Source of the DNA: a virus
IMG/VR virus record: IMGVR_UViG_3300021137_000006
Span: 1 to 64,000 of that record
Direction: 5' to 3' (one strand)
DNA length: 64,000 nt
Positions 42,286 through 52,120 of this stretch are shown one piece after another. Position numbers and translations under genes: made by a program. The notes below the pieces were generated by a model. That model did no database searches. It saw only the letters and a program-made list of their open reading frames with translations, and was not told the DNA's origin. Position 1 is the stretch's first letter. Each line of letters begins with the position of its first letter.

Positions 42286-45267
42286 ATGTACATATCCGCA
42301 AGTAAACAATTTGACAAAGTAATCGTTTGGGAGCAACGCACCAATCGTACGACACTTAATATTCGAACATTCATTGCACCTAATGAGTGTTACGTTCGTG
42401 TGCATGATTGGAAAGCGTGCAAGGCCAATCTTAAGCAAGCAGTTGCAGATGGTAATATGGAAGATATTACAGTTCTGAAACAGTTCCTCGGACTTGGTTC
42501 GAATGCTATTGATACTGTAGATACTCACGTATCGATGTACGGTGATCCTCTATATAAATTGACATTTTCTAAGTCAAAAGAGTTTCGTGCATTTACTGGT
42601 AGTGTCCCTGTCAATATTCGATTGTACGAAAGTGATATCCCACCAGAGTTAAAAGTATTGTCTGCGAATTATTATCAAGCAGAACTTCCAATACTTAATG
42701 TTACGTTTTACGATATTGAAGTTGAAGCGATTACTCGTATTCGTGATCCAGAGCAGTTGATTAATGTCCGTAGTATTATGGACGGCTCTGTGTATGAAAT
42801 GAAACTTCGTCACTTACGTAAAGTTGATAAAACAGACCACGATCAGTATGAATATAAGGAAAGACCTACTCAGCCATTTCGTCCGTTGACTAATTCCCCA
42901 CTGTTGTACGATGAGTTCGATCATTACTCGTCCGTAATGGATGCTGAAGCTCCAATTAATTCAATCGCATTTTATCACGCGTGGTTGGATGAGTATGTGT
43001 GCTATTGTGTGCCACCAACCACGTGGTCTATGGAAGAGTGTCAACAATACTTTAATTGGGACTTATTCCGAGACATCCCGGTCAAGTATAAAGTAATATT
43101 TTGTCAAAATGAAGCCGAGTTGCTAACATACTCGGTTGAAGAGATTCAGAATACGGACGTCTTATCAGGATACAATGCGTCAGTATTCGATGATCCGTAT
43201 TTTTCACAACGAGTGCAAACGGTGCTAGGTGAAGAGTGGTTTCATATGCTATCATTTCCGAAGGGTAAGAAACCGTATTATACTGAGCGTGAGATATTCT
43301 TTCGGCCGCAAAAGCAAGTTCAATTTGATGGTCGTATTACAACTGATTATTTAGAACTGTTTAAAAAGTTTACAGTCGAAGACCGAGATAGTTGGAGCTT
43401 GGAAAGCGTTGCTCAAGATCACCTTGGTGAAAAGTTCAAAAAGCTCGATTATGAAGGCACTTTGCACAGTCTATATCACGAGAATTTTCCTAAGTTTGTC
43501 CGATACAATATCCGAGATACTGAAATTCTACGCGAACTCGACCGTAAGTACAAATTTATTCAAACTGGTAACAGCCTAATCCACCAATCTACGTGTCATT
43601 ACAAGAATATTGTAGGTACAATCCGTACTGCGGAAATGTCTATCAATAATTACTGTTGGCATGAGTTGGGAATGCGAGTGCCAGATACGCAGGTGCTGGA
43701 CGAACAAGGCCAAGCAGAAGGCGCGTACGTGCTTGTTCCACAGACTGGTCTGCAAGATTGGTTGATTTGCGTCGACATCAACTCATTGTATCCAAACACC
43801 GAGCGTACTCTCAACTTGTCGCCGGAAACGATCATGGGTCAGTTTACAGAGTTTGGTAAAGCGTGGGAGGAGATTTTCCATAATACTGACGCTCAACTCA
43901 CACTGAAGTGGGAAAAGACCAATCGGACCGACACTCTACCTGCGTCTGAATGGCGTAAGAAGCTGTGGGAGCTGAAGTTCAGCGTATCTGGTTATGGTAC
44001 TGTATTTGACCAGAATAAAGAAGGTATTATCCCGCAGTTGCTTGGTAAATGGTACGCAGATCGTAAAGCATTCCAAGCAGCTGCAAAAAAAGCTGCGGCT
44101 AGAAAAGCCGAGCTCGAAAAGAACGGCGGCAGTCAAGATGAGATCGACGCAGCACAATCCGACTATGAATTTAATGACATGGCTCAATACGCTATGAAGA
44201 TTAAGCTCAATAGTCAGTATGGCGCACTGCTTAACCAGAACTTCCGATTCTACGATAAACGAATGGGACAGAGCGTTACGGCAACTGGCCGTCGCATTTT
44301 GCAACATCAGTTGCGTAAAGGTTGTGAGATCATTGACGGTGACTACAATATTGATCCGATCGTCGACGACGAGGATCCGCGGGCAATGCGAGGCGAGATT
44401 GCAAGCCCTTGTTTGATTTATGGCGATACCGATTCTGGTTACTTTTCGATCAAGAACATCGTTCCATCAGGTGCCACTACTGCATTCATTATTAAACTGG
44501 CTGACGAAATTGCTAACGAAATCAATGCATCTTTTCCGGAGTTTAATCAAAAAGCATTCTTATGTCAGCCTGGATACGATAGGTTCATTAAAACTGGTCG
44601 AGAACTTGTAGCAGATCGCGGATTCTTTATTCGGAAGAAACGTTACGTTATTCATGTGATTGACAAAGAAGGTAAAGCGAAAGATGAACTCAAGGCCATG
44701 GGTGTCGAAATGCGTAAAACCACTACTCCTCGTGACGTTAAGGTGTTTCTGCGGTCTTCGGCAACCATGTTATTAAAAGGTACCCCGGACAAAGAACTTG
44801 ACGAGTACATCGTTACGTATCGAGATAAGATTATCGATGATGTACCGCTGATGGAGATTGGTCTACCGAAAGGCATCAAGAAGATTGAATTCTACACAGA
44901 TAACTTTAGAGATGATCCTCATACTCGTTTGCCAGGCCACGTTGCAGCAGCGTTATTATATAATGAGTTTCGAGAACATAATAAGGATAACCAATCGTTG
45001 CAAATTGCCAGTGGAATGAAACTCAAAGTGTTCAACTTCAAATACAAGTTCGAGCACGAAGGTCGCATGTTTAACTCTATTGCGTTGCCGACAGACACAG
45101 AAGAGATACCCCATTGGTTTACAGAAGATTTTGCACCACTGATAGATAGAGTGATGCATTCGAAAAAGCTGGTTGATAATATGTTACATAACATGTTTGA
45201 TTCCATTCCACGACATGTGCCAACTCGGCACATGCAAGCAATTGAAGAAGAATTTGATTTTAACTAA
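42286..45267 (+). CDS. Family B DNA polymerase (gp43-like)
   Basis: YDIE (ExoI), GYN...FD (ExoII), YNIRD (ExoIII), DINSLYP, KIKLNSQYG and YGDTDS. Confidence 0.97.
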   Translation: MYISASKQFDKVIVWEQRTNRTTLNIRTFIAPNECYVRVHDWKACKANLKQAVADGNMEDITVLKQFLGLGSNAIDTVDTHVSMYGDPLYKLTFSKSKEFRAFTGSVPVNIRLYESDIPPELKVLSANYYQAELPILNVTFYDIEVEAITRIRDPEQLINVRSIMDGSVYEMKLRHLRKVDKTDHDQYEYKERPTQPFRPLTNSPLLYDEFDHYSSVMDAEAPINSIAFYHAWLDEYVCYCVPPTTWSMEECQQYFNWDLFRDIPVKYKVIFCQNEAELLTYSVEEIQNTDVLSGYNASVFDDPYFSQRVQTVLGEEWFHMLSFPKGKKPYYTEREIFFRPQKQVQFDGRITTDYLELFKKFTVEDRDSWSLESVAQDHLGEKFKKLDYEGTLHSLYHENFPKFVRYNIRDTEILRELDRKYKFIQTGNSLIHQSTCHYKNIVGTIRTAEMSINNYCWHELGMRVPDTQVLDEQGQAEGAYVLVPQTGLQDWLICVDINSLYPNTERTLNLSPETIMGQFTEFGKAWEEIFHNTDAQLTLKWEKTNRTDTLPASEWRKKLWELKFSVSGYGTVFDQNKEGIIPQLLGKWYADRKAFQAAAKKAAARKAELEKNGGSQDEIDAAQSDYEFNDMAQYAMKIKLNSQYGALLNQNFRFYDKRMGQSVTATGRRILQHQLRKGCEIIDGDYNIDPIVDDEDPRAMRGEIASPCLIYGDTDSGYFSIKNIVPSGATTAFIIKLADEIANEINASFPEFNQKAFLCQPGYDRFIKTGRELVADRGFFIRKKRYVIHVIDKEGKAKDELKAMGVEMRKTTTPRDVKVFLRSSATMLLKGTPDKELDEYIVTYRDKIIDDVPLMEIGLPKGIKKIEFYTDNFRDDPHTRLPGHVAAALLYNEFREHNKDNQSLQIASGMKLKVFNFKYKFEHEGRMFNSIALPTDTEEIPHWFTEDFAPLIDRVMHSKKLVDNMLHNMFDSIPRHVPTRHMQAIEEEFDFN

Positions 45268-45275
45268 GGACTACT

Positions 45276-45548
45276 ATGAATGACCAAATCGACGATGTGA
45301 TAGATAAAAATGACCCAACTTTAATAGAGTTAGTTGCAACACCAACGGAGTTCGTCTCTACTGAGGGTACGCAATCTGTTGATTTAGATCCGACCAACGC
45401 GGCTCTGGATCCAAATAAACTCAACAGTGCGGATCTTGCGCAGTTCCGTAAAAATGTTCGCCGTCTTCAGGAAAAAACCCAAATTGAACAAATGAAGAAA
45501 GTATCTCACTTCAATCTTGGGGCGTTTTTCCCTATTGGTAAAAAATAA
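45276..45548 (+). CDS. Hypothetical protein
   Basis: AAGGA RBS; 90-aa ORF following the polymerase. Confidence 0.65.
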   Translation: MNDQIDDVIDKNDPTLIELVATPTEFVSTEGTQSVDLDPTNAALDPNKLNSADLAQFRKNVRRLQEKTQIEQMKKVSHFNLGAFFPIGKK

Positions 45549-45584
45549 CATAAATATGCGAAACCACGAGGCTTCGCATATATT

Positions 45585-46007
45585 ATGGGACCATGGGACT
45601 TTCTTTTAAAACCAACTAACCTTGTTATTTCGGTACTGTTGCTTACCGCTGGACTTTCCAGCGGTATTGCGTACTACATGTACCACCAAAATCTTACATT
45701 GCATGAACAAGTTGCAGTACAACAACGCGAATATCAAATATACGTTGAAACCCACAACCAGCAAATTAAACTATTAACTGCAACTATCGATGGACAAAAT
45801 AGTTCAATCGACGCGTTTAAGAAGAATGGCGACAAACAAGTGATCGAGATGGGTAAAGTGCAAACAAAGGTTGATCAAATGCGGGTTACTGCAGAACAAC
45901 AGCTTGCTGAACTACGTAAAACTAATACCGCAACCTACACGTGTGATCAGTCTATTCGATTTCTAATTGATCAGTCGAAAGTGTTAACATGGGGAGCAGC
46001 CAAATGA
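45585..46007 (+). CDS. Inner-membrane spanin (Rz-like)
   Basis: N-terminal TM helix plus coiled coil; overlaps a lipoprotein gene. Confidence 0.75.
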   Translation: MGPWDFLLKPTNLVISVLLLTAGLSSGIAYYMYHQNLTLHEQVAVQQREYQIYVETHNQQIKLLTATIDGQNSSIDAFKKNGDKQVIEMGKVQTKVDQMRVTAEQQLAELRKTNTATYTCDQSIRFLIDQSKVLTWGAAK

Positions 46008-46294
46008 ACTACCTTATTGTCGCCGTAGCGCTTGTATTAACCGGTTGCCAAACGTGTCCAGCTCCGATGATCCAAGTAGAAACTCACGAAGTAAAAGTAC
46101 TCGTTCAACAACCATACCCTTTGATTAGTACTATTCCGCATCCCGTATTGGAAATCACTAAACTTGACACAACAGTTCCACCTGGAGTGGTAGTGCAAGC
46201 GTATCAAATTACTGTGCAACAGCTACTTAATCTGGTTGACCAGCTTGAAACTGAAATTACTGGAGTGAACAATGCGCGTCAACCAAGTCCTTAA
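46004..46294 (+). CDS. Outer-membrane spanin lipoprotein (Rz1-like)
   Basis: MNYLIVAVALVLTG-C lipobox, Pro-rich; ATGA overlap. Confidence 0.8.
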   Translation: MNYLIVAVALVLTGCQTCPAPMIQVETHEVKVLVQQPYPLISTIPHPVLEITKLDTTVPPGVVVQAYQITVQQLLNLVDQLETEITGVNNARQPSP

Positions 46295-46589
46295 TCGCGT
46301 CAATGAAAGTTGGCTACCATTGTTACTAGGAGCAGCTGTTGGAAATATAGCTAAACGGTCTGGCGCAGGAAATACGCTTGCACTCATGGTAACTGCTGGA
46401 ACATATGCCGCTTTAACCAACCTTGCTCCAGCACATCGTAAGCAAGTGGTAGTCACCGCGACTACTCAATCAGAGGCGCTCGCTAACCAACGAGTTGTGC
46501 AAAATCTGATTGATAAAATGTCATACAAACTGGACGATGTTGAGTACATTGGGGCCCACGGCCGTAAATGGACACTCTCCGCTAAATAG
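46272..46589 (+). CDS. Hypothetical protein with hydrophobic segments
   Basis: N-terminus MRVNQVLNRVNE|S followed by hydrophobic helices. Confidence 0.55.
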   Translation: MRVNQVLNRVNESWLPLLLGAAVGNIAKRSGAGNTLALMVTAGTYAALTNLAPAHRKQVVVTATTQSEALANQRVVQNLIDKMSYKLDDVEYIGAHGRKWTLSAK

Positions 46590-46615
46590 ATACTACAGAA
46601 CGGACCTATACTGAT

Positions 46616-48184
46616 ATGGAAAAAACTGACGCATACGTTGTGATGACGAATAACGCAATCAACATTGTTACTACTGACCCAAATGTAGCTGACCAAGCCA
46701 AGGCTCAAAACCCCGGCTCCGTTGTCAAACGCTTTCCGCTAACTGCAAAAATGCAAAACGGAAATGGCATCGTTGGTGAAGCACTAGACGGTGACTTCGA
46801 TACTGGCGAAGGCTCAATTGGAGCCGATGACGTGGAGTTTGTTGATGGCCCACCTCCAGGCGAAGACGGCGAAGAGCAGCCAATGGACGATATGGGTGAT
46901 GACGAATTTGGTGGTGAAGATGAAGAGAACGCAGACGTAATCTGCATGGATACTGAACTTGCTGTTCGTGTGTTTGAATACATTGCGCAAAATCAACTCG
47001 AAGGTGAAGAACTTCAAGCCATGGCTGACAAGATGGCTGACCTTGGCAATCAATCAGACGACGTCCTTACAGTAGAGCATTTTGACGAAATCACCGGTGG
47101 TGAACAAGGTAGTCAAGACGACATGGGTGACGAATTCGGCGAAGATGATTTCCCAGAAGAAGATGGCGATGATGAGTTTGCTGATGATAGCATGCAATCA
47201 CCTGAAGGTGAACAAGATGTCGAGCAAGACCTCGAAATCGGCGAAGACGCTTTTGATGGCGATACTTCGGACGACCAACTTACTGACGAGCCAAAATATG
47301 GTGCACAGACTAGTGAAGTTGACCCATATGAAGAAAAACTAGTGCAGCAGTTCTTATCAGGTCAAATGAGCCGTGAAGCCCTAATTGATGCCCTACAGAG
47401 TGGAGCCTCCACTGACTACTCTATGCACCAAGGTGAAATGGGTAATCCAGATATGCGTGACGATATGCAACAAGGCCGTCAGCGAATGATGGATCCGTAC
47501 GGTGATGATGTTACAGATGACTTCGGTGAGTATGACCGCGAAGACGATGACGAGGAATTCGACGAGTGCATGGATTACCGTTTAGGCGAAGATGCGCCAC
47601 CAGGCCAGCAGCAACAAAACGACCCAACTATTGATGCTCAGTATATGAATGGCTACAACACTGGCAAACGTGGCGGTCAAGCTACTCCACAAAATATCAA
47701 TACTCCACAAGGCTCGGCATATAACTCCGGCTTCAGTGATGCTAAAGGTGGCAAACCATCTGTTCCGCCAAGCAAGCGTCAAGGTGAAAGTGTTCGTGAA
47801 GCAAAAGCAGCCCCAACTGGTGCGTGGGTTGCGTACGCATCGTCTACAAAGTTCAAGAGATTCAAAACTCGTGAAGGCGCAAAGAACTTTGTAGAAGCTA
47901 ATACTGGATGGAAACTCGCAAGCTCTGAGCACTATGCTGACAAAATCCAAGCTAAATCTGTCAAAGAAGGTGTAGAAACATTCGCATCGTTCCTAGCTAA
48001 AATTGATAAGCCATCTCCAGGTGTGACTACTGTTGCTGCTTTATTCAAGGCTAAAAAAGGTGCAAAGACTATTGACAACACTGAAGACAAGCACTTCGAG
48101 ATTGTTCAGGATCCAAAAACGACAGCTGTGAAGATCACCAATGACTCTACGACAGGCGTTCACAAAACTTCCAACTCGTACTAA
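46616..48184 (+). CDS. Highly acidic late protein, candidate prohead core / internal protein
   Basis: TAAATA upstream; D/E-rich; sites VGE|A, IGE|D, LGE|D, VRE|A, VKE|G. Confidence 0.55.
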   Translation: MEKTDAYVVMTNNAINIVTTDPNVADQAKAQNPGSVVKRFPLTAKMQNGNGIVGEALDGDFDTGEGSIGADDVEFVDGPPPGEDGEEQPMDDMGDDEFGGEDEENADVICMDTELAVRVFEYIAQNQLEGEELQAMADKMADLGNQSDDVLTVEHFDEITGGEQGSQDDMGDEFGEDDFPEEDGDDEFADDSMQSPEGEQDVEQDLEIGEDAFDGDTSDDQLTDEPKYGAQTSEVDPYEEKLVQQFLSGQMSREALIDALQSGASTDYSMHQGEMGNPDMRDDMQQGRQRMMDPYGDDVTDDFGEYDREDDDEEFDECMDYRLGEDAPPGQQQQNDPTIDAQYMNGYNTGKRGGQATPQNINTPQGSAYNSGFSDAKGGKPSVPPSKRQGESVREAKAAPTGAWVAYASSTKFKRFKTREGAKNFVEANTGWKLASSEHYADKIQAKSVKEGVETFASFLAKIDKPSPGVTTVAALFKAKKGAKTIDNTEDKHFEIVQDPKTTAVKITNDSTTGVHKTSNSY

Positions 48185-48185
48185 G

Positions 48186-48497
48186 ATGATTCTATCAAAA
48201 GAGCAACAGGCGCTGATTGCTCAGCTTATTATTAAACGGGACCAGCCAGAGGAATGTTTTTCTCTGGTTCGTTCTAATGCTAAAACCTATTCATTTGGGC
48301 GATTTTTTGAAAAGAATGGGTTGCTATCGATTGACGTTGACTCAGTTACTCTAAATCCAGCATTATTCGTGCAAGCATATAGAAATGGTATTACAGACGA
48401 GGCGGGTGAGTTAACAGATGAGGGTACCAAAATGTCACAACAATCAATTGAGGAAACTTACAGGTTCCTTAGAGTGATGTTATCCGGCGCTTCTTGA
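48186..48497 (+). CDS. Hypothetical protein
   Basis: ATG 48186 lies directly after the upstream stop. Confidence 0.6.
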   Translation: MILSKEQQALIAQLIIKRDQPEECFSLVRSNAKTYSFGRFFEKNGLLSIDVDSVTLNPALFVQAYRNGITDEAGELTDEGTKMSQQSIEETYRFLRVMLSGAS

Positions 48498-48807
48498 TTA
48501 TTACTGATTGTTTAGGTACTGTCATTCCAACGACCTCTACTTGGGATGATGGCAATGACTGATACATTGAATACAGATGTTGATGTATTCGAGCATCGGT
48601 TAGTACGAGATTCAGATACACACTGAAGTATGATGATTGACTTCCACTACAGTAGTTGGTCCATAGTGTGTGCACTTGTTCAACGAATTGAGATCCGATA
48701 TCGACCAAAAACCCTTTGGTGAGGTCGTCTACTGTAACATCCGGAAAAAACCAACACGTCTTACCGTTGCGTATAATCTTCTGACATTTTGTCGCGTTAA
48801 CTGTCAT
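48469..48807 (-). CDS. Hypothetical protein
   Basis: 112-aa ORF filling an otherwise empty gap. Confidence 0.5.
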   Translation of the reverse strand: MTVNATKCQKIIRNGKTCWFFPDVTVDDLTKGFLVDIGSQFVEQVHTLWTNYCSGSQSSYFSVYLNLVLTDARIHQHLYSMYQSLPSSQVEVVGMTVPKQSVIIKKRRITSL

Positions 48808-48883
48808 ATTCCCGGTGTAATCATCGTTGTACCCTCATACTTATGTGGGAATCGATAAATATAAAAAAGTTCCCATTACTACA

Positions 48884-49339
48884 ATGAAACTCATTGCAAT
48901 TTTCGAAGCAGGATTTGTCGATTATACTCGTGACGGAGATAGTAACGATAACACTCCACAAGATGCTACAAATCCTCCATTATCTGATGACCAGCCAGAG
49001 GGCGATGATGAATTCCAACAAGATGATGCGACGCAAGATGCCCAGCAACTAGACGGACAGGATGACCCCGATCGTCAAGGGAGCATTCGCACTGTACCGG
49101 AAGCTCATCTTGTCTATAAACGTAAGAATGAGAATAACTTATTCGACGAGCTGTGGATATACAAACAAAATCAACATGACACGTGGACAATGAAAACATA
49201 TGATGCAATTGTTGCTGGAAGTGATATTCCGAAGGGTGCTACCACGAGTCCGGACGGTTCTCAAACAGTTGACAGATGGGAAGTGGGAGACCCGAAGAAT
49301 ACGCTCGTGTTTGTTGAAATTAAAGGAATGGCGAATTAA
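48884..49339 (+). CDS. Late hypothetical (probably virion) protein
   Basis: TAAATA upstream of ATG 48884; leader MKLIAIFE|A; DPDRQGSIRTVPEAHLVYKR. Confidence 0.6.
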   Translation: MKLIAIFEAGFVDYTRDGDSNDNTPQDATNPPLSDDQPEGDDEFQQDDATQDAQQLDGQDDPDRQGSIRTVPEAHLVYKRKNENNLFDELWIYKQNQHDTWTMKTYDAIVAGSDIPKGATTSPDGSQTVDRWEVGDPKNTLVFVEIKGMAN

Positions 49340-49340
49340 T

Positions 49341-49562
49341 ATGTTTGTATCAAGCGACCAATTTTATCTAAATGTCCGATTGCTTCGTGGATTGCAAGGA
49401 TTGGGTATGAATATCCCCCCTACTAAAATGGCACAAAAGCAACTAATTGCCCGCCTTCTAATTGCTGAACTTGTTGATCCTCGTACAACTTACGTAGACA
49501 CCAACGCAAAGTCGATGTATATTGCAGAGATTAGGGCATTCTGTCCTGATTTGTTCCATTAA
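49341..49562 (+). CDS. Hypothetical protein
   Basis: ATG abuts the upstream stop. Confidence 0.5.
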   Translation: MFVSSDQFYLNVRLLRGLQGLGMNIPPTKMAQKQLIARLLIAELVDPRTTYVDTNAKSMYIAEIRAFCPDLFH

Positions 49563-49574
49563 CTTTATACATCT

Positions 49575-49865
49575 GTGATTACTGAAAAAACTCCCAAAGT
49601 GTACCTCAGTCGACGTAATTTACTTGCGTTGCTATCGAAACTGGACCGCGATGCTGAGGGCGACGAAACTACTTGCATGTTGATTAAGCATCAACAGCTA
49701 TCTCCATGCTACAAGCAAACAATGAGGTCAATTGCCGTTATTGCAGTTCAAGACGAAGAGTATTACAGTACTCAACAACGTCCAGCTGGTGAAGTTCACC
49801 CTGCTGATGAAATTAAGCTCACAACCCCCTCCACTGGCACTCAATTCGCTGGTCAAGTCATTTAA
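49575..49865 (+). CDS. Hypothetical protein
   Basis: GTG start, VYLSRRNLLALLSKLD. Confidence 0.6.
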   Translation: MITEKTPKVYLSRRNLLALLSKLDRDAEGDETTCMLIKHQQLSPCYKQTMRSIAVIAVQDEEYYSTQQRPAGEVHPADEIKLTTPSTGTQFAGQVI

Positions 49866-49881
49866 CTCCGAAAGTCCCTAT

Positions 49882-50112
49882 ATGCAAACACGTCAGATTG
49901 CGCTTGTTGCGCCAAGTCTTGCTATCACCTCGTTCGAATTAGCGGATGTCGATGTCGACAGTTACATTCGGCATACTCGGTCCATGAAGCCGTCACATTG
50001 TGTATTCGTTGACAACGAAGTTGTTTATACTGGACTATTTGATTCCGAAACGATTTCTAAAGTTAAGAAGAAACTGAAGAAACAAACTGAAAAGGAACTT
50101 ACTAATGTCTAA
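49882..50112 (+). CDS. Hypothetical protein
   Basis: Likely start ATG 49882; overlaps the next gene start. Confidence 0.5.
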   Translation: MQTRQIALVAPSLAITSFELADVDVDSYIRHTRSMKPSHCVFVDNEVVYTGLFDSETISKVKKKLKKQTEKELTNV

Positions 50113-50956
50113 ATCACCATCATTCTGCACTATTGCTCCAACCGCATATCTTCCCGAATACGCCAGATATACAGGGAGCAAGTTTCACCTATTGCTTGCT
50201 CACCTATTACATACTGAATCAAAATATTATGACCCGGAGTATCTTGCTTTTTATCGGGACACTAAACAACCAGGGGAAGTGTATATTGGAGACAACGGGG
50301 CTTTTGAACTGGGAAATTCCTACGACCCTGATAAATTAATCACAATTGGCCAATCAGTTGGTGCAGATATTTTGGTACTTCCTGATTACCCAGGCATCCA
50401 TCACCAGATCACAATAGACGCTGCCAACGATCATATCCCGCAGTTTAAAGCAAATGGCTTTAAAACATTCTTCGTGCCACAATCTAAACCAGGCGACTGG
50501 AATGGTTGGATGACAGCATTCGAGTGGGCTCTGTTCAATCCTCAAATTGATGTCATCGGTATGTCCATTCTCGCGCACCCAATCGCACTACCTGACTATC
50601 CAAAGGGATATGCACGAGTAGTTGCAGCTGACCGTATTCGTCAATGGCTTGATGCGGATAAATCTCGTGCAGCTGCATACGAAGCAAAACACATTCACTG
50701 GCTTGGTTTGTTATCTCCAGGTCTTGAACTTGACCCACTGCTGAAGATGGGTATGGTTGATACACTTGATTCGTCAGGCCCAGTGCACTTTGGACATTGT
50801 GGGATCGGATATAACACATTTAATGAAAGTTGGGCGATTGATAAACAGTATGTACCAGAAGTTGATTTTGGTGCACATATGAATAAACGTGCCAAGCCTA
50901 TCATTGAGCACAATCTAACAATCCTGAACAATAAGTTCAAACAGTATCAAAAATAA
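50105..50956 (+). CDS. TGT (tRNA-guanine transglycosylase)-like TIM-barrel protein
   Basis: DNGAFE, VLPD, VPQ, HWLG and DTLDSS motif order resembles the TGT/DpdA superfamily. Confidence 0.5.
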   Translation: MSKSPSFCTIAPTAYLPEYARYTGSKFHLLLAHLLHTESKYYDPEYLAFYRDTKQPGEVYIGDNGAFELGNSYDPDKLITIGQSVGADILVLPDYPGIHHQITIDAANDHIPQFKANGFKTFFVPQSKPGDWNGWMTAFEWALFNPQIDVIGMSILAHPIALPDYPKGYARVVAADRIRQWLDADKSRAAAYEAKHIHWLGLLSPGLELDPLLKMGMVDTLDSSGPVHFGHCGIGYNTFNESWAIDKQYVPEVDFGAHMNKRAKPIIEHNLTILNNKFKQYQK

Positions 50957-50959
50957 ACC

Positions 50960-51517
50960 ATGATTATTTCCCCACAACGTGCTTTTGCTGAAGGGTTCGT
51001 AACCAATGTTGCCAATCCAGCTAAACAAGTCGGAAGCGACGGCATTGATTTAACTCTACTCGCTATTAATCGGGTCAACGACGATGACAAGTACCCTGCG
51101 GTATTAGCCGAAGACAAGAAGTTGACAATGCACCGATCCCACACTCTGGTCACGCCAGTCAACCTGACGCAACTGTATGGAATCAAAAGCGGGTACATTC
51201 TCGAACCGGGCATATACGATTTCACGTTCAATGAGGGATGTGAGTTAGTTGGTGGGATTGCTGGTTTATTGCTATTGCGTAGCACATTCGTCAGAAACGG
51301 TTGCATCGGCCAATGCGGGCTCCACGACAATGGGTTCAAAACTACTAACCTGGGGATGATGGCTCATGTGATTCGACGCACCGTCGTTGAAGCTGGTATG
51401 CGCACCGCCCAGATTGTTTTGTGGGAAAGTGCCTCGGCTAAGGAATACGACGGTACATATCAAAATCAACTAGGTACGAGCTGGAAAGCAACCGCATCTA
51501 CAAACATTGTTCATTAG
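50960..51517 (+). CDS. dUTPase / dCTP deaminase family protein
   Basis: GIDLTL, RSTFVRNG, GLHDNGF, RTAQIV and YDGTYQ motifs. Confidence 0.8.
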   Translation: MIISPQRAFAEGFVTNVANPAKQVGSDGIDLTLLAINRVNDDDKYPAVLAEDKKLTMHRSHTLVTPVNLTQLYGIKSGYILEPGIYDFTFNEGCELVGGIAGLLLLRSTFVRNGCIGQCGLHDNGFKTTNLGMMAHVIRRTVVEAGMRTAQIVLWESASAKEYDGTYQNQLGTSWKATASTNIVH

Positions 51518-51518
51518 T

Positions 51519-52115
51519 ATGTCAAATAAAACGAAAATCCTATTCATCGACGTCGAAACTTCAGGTTACGATTTAAACGACATGATGGACCGGTCAGGGA
51601 ATGGTAAATTCCAAATGACCTCCCTTGGCGCGATCGTTGCTAATGCTACTACACTAAAAGAAGTGGACACATTCTATACGGAGTTTAAGTTCATGGATGC
51701 ATGCCAATGGGATCCGGGCGCAGAACGTGTTCATGGACTATCTAAAGAATACCTCGAAGAAAATGGAGTTTCGTATGAAGATGGGTTTGTCCTGTTTGTT
51801 GAGTTTCTTTGCAAGCATTTCGATCCATCTCGTGCTATCACACTCGGTGGCCACAACGTAGCGACGTTCGACCGGCACTTCGTTATTCGGTTCTTCGAAC
51901 ACAACGACGCGGTCATCCAACTATCTGGTCACAGTGTTGATAGTTACACACTAGGTAAAGTGCTACTCAATGCGAACAATTCAAATGAATTGTTCGAACA
52001 AGTTGGGATCGATCGAGATACTCACAACGCGCTGGAAGATGCACGGGCTTCACTCAAGGCTGCCCGCCTTGTTAAAAAATTGTACGAAACTGCTCTAAAT
52101 ACTCAATTAATGTAA
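51519..52115 (+). CDS. DEDDh 3'-5' exonuclease
   Basis: DVETSG, GHNV..FD and HNALEDA motifs. Confidence 0.9.
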   Translation: MSNKTKILFIDVETSGYDLNDMMDRSGNGKFQMTSLGAIVANATTLKEVDTFYTEFKFMDACQWDPGAERVHGLSKEYLEENGVSYEDGFVLFVEFLCKHFDPSRAITLGGHNVATFDRHFVIRFFEHNDAVIQLSGHSVDSYTLGKVLLNANNSNELFEQVGIDRDTHNALEDARASLKAARLVKKLYETALNTQLM

Positions 52116-52120
52116 TTCAG

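Noticed and set aside
42721-42960. Intein in the DNA polymerase (extra segment after the ExoI motif), also considered for the terminase and RNR
   Set aside because: There is no C/S start with an HN-C/S/T end and no LAGLIDADG motif; it looks like a simple loop insertion.
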